Shown piece by piece: positions 61,877-64,000 of a stretch of 64,000 nt of DNA (position 1 is its first letter; each line of letters begins with the position of its first letter). The position numbers and the translations under genes are program-made. Source of the stretch: Dendrobates tinctorius (taxonomy: Eukaryota); the NCBI RefSeq assembly GCF_039654945.1, contig NW_027361690.1, positions 33,790,001-33,854,000 on the forward strand, in the 5' to 3' direction. The notes below the pieces were generated by a model. It did not search any database, had not been told where the DNA came from, and saw nothing but the letters and a program-made list of their open reading frames with translations.

Positions 61877-62608
61877 TGTCAGCACCGCTCCCCGTTCCAC
61901 TGCCCCCGCTCCCGCTGCCATAATCACCGCCTCCGCTCCCGCTCCGACTCCCTCCTCTGACGCAGCCTGGACGCGCGCCCCCGCTCCTCTCGCTTTCCGG
62001 CAGCCGGCGTCCCGATGCACTCCTCCACTTCCCTCGGCCGCGCGCACTGTGCCTCTGCGCACGCGCCGGAGGGTTAGGCCATGCGCCTCTGCCGTCAGCC
62101 GCCTGCCCTGCGTGACCTGACCCGGACCAGCCTCCTGACCTATCAGAGGCCACCACCAGGTATTTCAGGCCGCCCTCCCTTAGTGGAGGCGCCTGACTAT
62201 TGAGTTATCTCTCTGTTGTCTAGGCCGCGCTCGCTGCTACCAGCTGCTTGCTTGCAGCTCGCTCTCTGGTTACCCCTTGAGTCTTCGCCTCTTCCTCCTG
62301 TTTATCCCTGTTTCTCCCTCCTGTGCCTCCTGGTAACCTTCTGTGTCTCCTTCCCTTTTCAGTTTGCCTCTTCCTGGTCATTCTGTTTCCTCTCCGGATC
62401 TTCCACTGCTCCTCATCATCTGCTCACCCTCCTGAGCCGAGCCCTGGTCCTGGCTGCCGTGGCGCTTGAACTCCCCGAGTCTGTTCCCTAACGGTTCCTG
62501 TATAGGGGTCGGTCCACTTGGTGCGCTCGCTCGGGGAGGGTTCGGCGTCACGGTCCAGAGGGTCCACTCTCGCTACCGTCATCCGCAGCGTAACAGTATA
62601 GTCAGGCC

Positions 62609-63643
62609 ATGGACCCCGCCGGGGCCACTGCCCAAAAGGAGTTGGTTTTCCTAAGGGAAAACCAGACCCGTATTATGTCGTTCATGAAGACCATGGATTC
62701 CCGCTTGTCGGCCTTGCAGGCCGCTGACCCAGGTAACGCCTCCCAACTGGCCAGCCTCCAGCAGGAGCTGGTTCAACAACGGGACAACCAGTCCCATATT
62801 CTCTCCTATATGGCTTCGGTCGACGATCGGCTGCTTTCCCTTCAGTCGGCTGCCGGGCGCGATTCGTCCCGCAGCTCTGATCCCGTACCTTCCCCGCCTC
62901 CCAGGCTTGGTAGACCGCCTCGGTATGGCGGCGATCCAAAGTTGTGCAGAGGCTTCCTAAATCAGTGCAGGTTGCACTTCGAACTCCTGCCCCAACAGTA
63001 CCCCACTGACCGGGCCAAGGTCGCCTTCATTGTCTCCCATTTGGAGGGTGAGGCACTCTCCTGGGTGAATCCCTTGTGGGAGCGGGATGATCCCGTAGTC
63101 TCCAGCCTCCAGACCTTCACAGACACTTTCCGTAAAGTCTTTGACGAGCCCGGACGGTTGGCTTCCGCCACGGAGTCTCTTTTTTGCCTCACCCAGGGTA
63201 CTCTTACGGTCGGACAATACGCCATCCGGTTCCGTACCTTGGCCTCTGAGGTGGGGTGGAATAACGAGGCTTTGGTTGGGGCCTTCTGGCGTGGTCTCTC
63301 TGGCAAGATTAAAGACGAACTAACAGGGCGAGATACCCCGACCTCCTTGGAGGATCTAATTTCTTTGGCCACACGAATCGACCTCCGGTTCCAGGAGCGC
63401 TCTCGGGAGACTGCTAGAGATAGGAGACCGCTTCGACCATCTGCTTCTTTTCACAGGCCGTCCAGTCCACGTTCCCCTGGGGCGCCCTCCAGTCCGGCGC
63501 CAGAGTCGATGCAGGTGGATCAGGTCAAGTTGGCAGAACAGCGCCGTAAGGAGAGACTGACGGAGGGTTTGTGCCTGTATTGTGGCAGCGCGTCTCACTT
63601 CCTACGCTCCTGTCCTGAGAGGTTGGGAAACTCCTCCACCTAG
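62609..63643 (+). CDS. Retrotransposon Gag (sushi-like capsid + CCHC zinc knuckle), intact 344 aa
   Basis: YGGDPKLCRGFLNQC, QGTLTVGQYAIRFRTLA, CLYCGSASHFLRSC. Confidence 0.9.
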   Translation: MDPAGATAQKELVFLRENQTRIMSFMKTMDSRLSALQAADPGNASQLASLQQELVQQRDNQSHILSYMASVDDRLLSLQSAAGRDSSRSSDPVPSPPPRLGRPPRYGGDPKLCRGFLNQCRLHFELLPQQYPTDRAKVAFIVSHLEGEALSWVNPLWERDDPVVSSLQTFTDTFRKVFDEPGRLASATESLFCLTQGTLTVGQYAIRFRTLASEVGWNNEALVGAFWRGLSGKIKDELTGRDTPTSLEDLISLATRIDLRFQERSRETARDRRPLRPSASFHRPSSPRSPGAPSSPAPESMQVDQVKLAEQRRKERLTEGLCLYCGSASHFLRSCPERLGNSST

Positions 63644-64000
63644 GGAAGGTAAGAGAGGCCGACCTAGGTGTGTCTCACTCCTCTCATCCCCTTACCCTTT
63701 CGGTTCAGCTGGTTTTTGGTCAGAGACGTGGTTCGGAGGTGGACTCGGGCGCGGCAGGGAACTTCATTAGGTTGAAGGAGGTGAAGAAGTACAAGATTCC
63801 CGTGATTTCCCTGAAGACGCCACGTGTCATCGCCTCAGTAGATGGAAGACCCCTACAAGAATCCGTGTCCCTGGTTACGGAGGAGGTGTGTCTGCAAATC
63901 GGGGCCTTGCACCGGGAGTGGATCGCTTTCTACGTTCTTCCCAACCTTTCCCATGCTCTGATGCTTGGTCTTCCGTGGCTTAGGACACATGAACCTGTCT
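63625..64000 (+). CDS. Pol (aspartic protease) in -1 frame, partial
   Basis: Open from the slippery GGGAAAC to the window end: GKLLHLGKVRE..VDSGAAGNFI..LMLGLPWLRTHEP. Confidence 0.85.

Larger units (their letters stand above)
61877..64000 (+). mobile_element. Sushi/Tf1-like Gypsy element 2 (5' LTR ~61877-62595, gag, start of pol; runs off window)
   Basis: LTR TGTCA..TAACA; PEG10/RTL1-like gag; pol in -1 frame with DSGAAGNFI and LGLPWL. Confidence 0.92.

Noticed and set aside
62609-63643. Domesticated PEG10/RTL1-like host gene
   Set aside because: Directly preceded by an LTR and priming site and inserted in another retrotransposon, so it is a TE gag

Overview
Eukaryotic (vertebrate) genomic DNA, most likely a frog, inferred from the repeat families. 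One host gene is present: the 3' 14 coding exons of tmc3 (transmembrane channel-like 3) on the + strand, 549-48493. All introns are GT-AG, phases join into 2409 nt (802 aa + stop), and the 5' exons lie upstream of the window. Introns and the downstream flank are packed with nested transposable elements: Tc1/mariner, hAT, PIF/Harbinger and Kolobok-type MITEs, two Helitrons, CR1 LINE fragments, a Penelope-like element with an inverted 3' duplication, several solo LTRs and two Gypsy elements, plus minisatellites and an interstitial telomere-like tract. The most notable signal is a set of hammerhead ribozyme (HHR) motifs. A 325-bp tandem repeat at 36410-36963 carries two intact type-I HHRs, an apparent snRNA-type promoter (octamer + SPH/ZNF143-like + PSE-like) and a CTCF-like site, and so looks like a satellite-2/retrozyme-like unit able to release a 325-nt RNA. 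Further HHRs occur in the Penelope-like element and in two short TSD-flanked non-coding insertions. All calls were made by eye; no database search or folding program was run.
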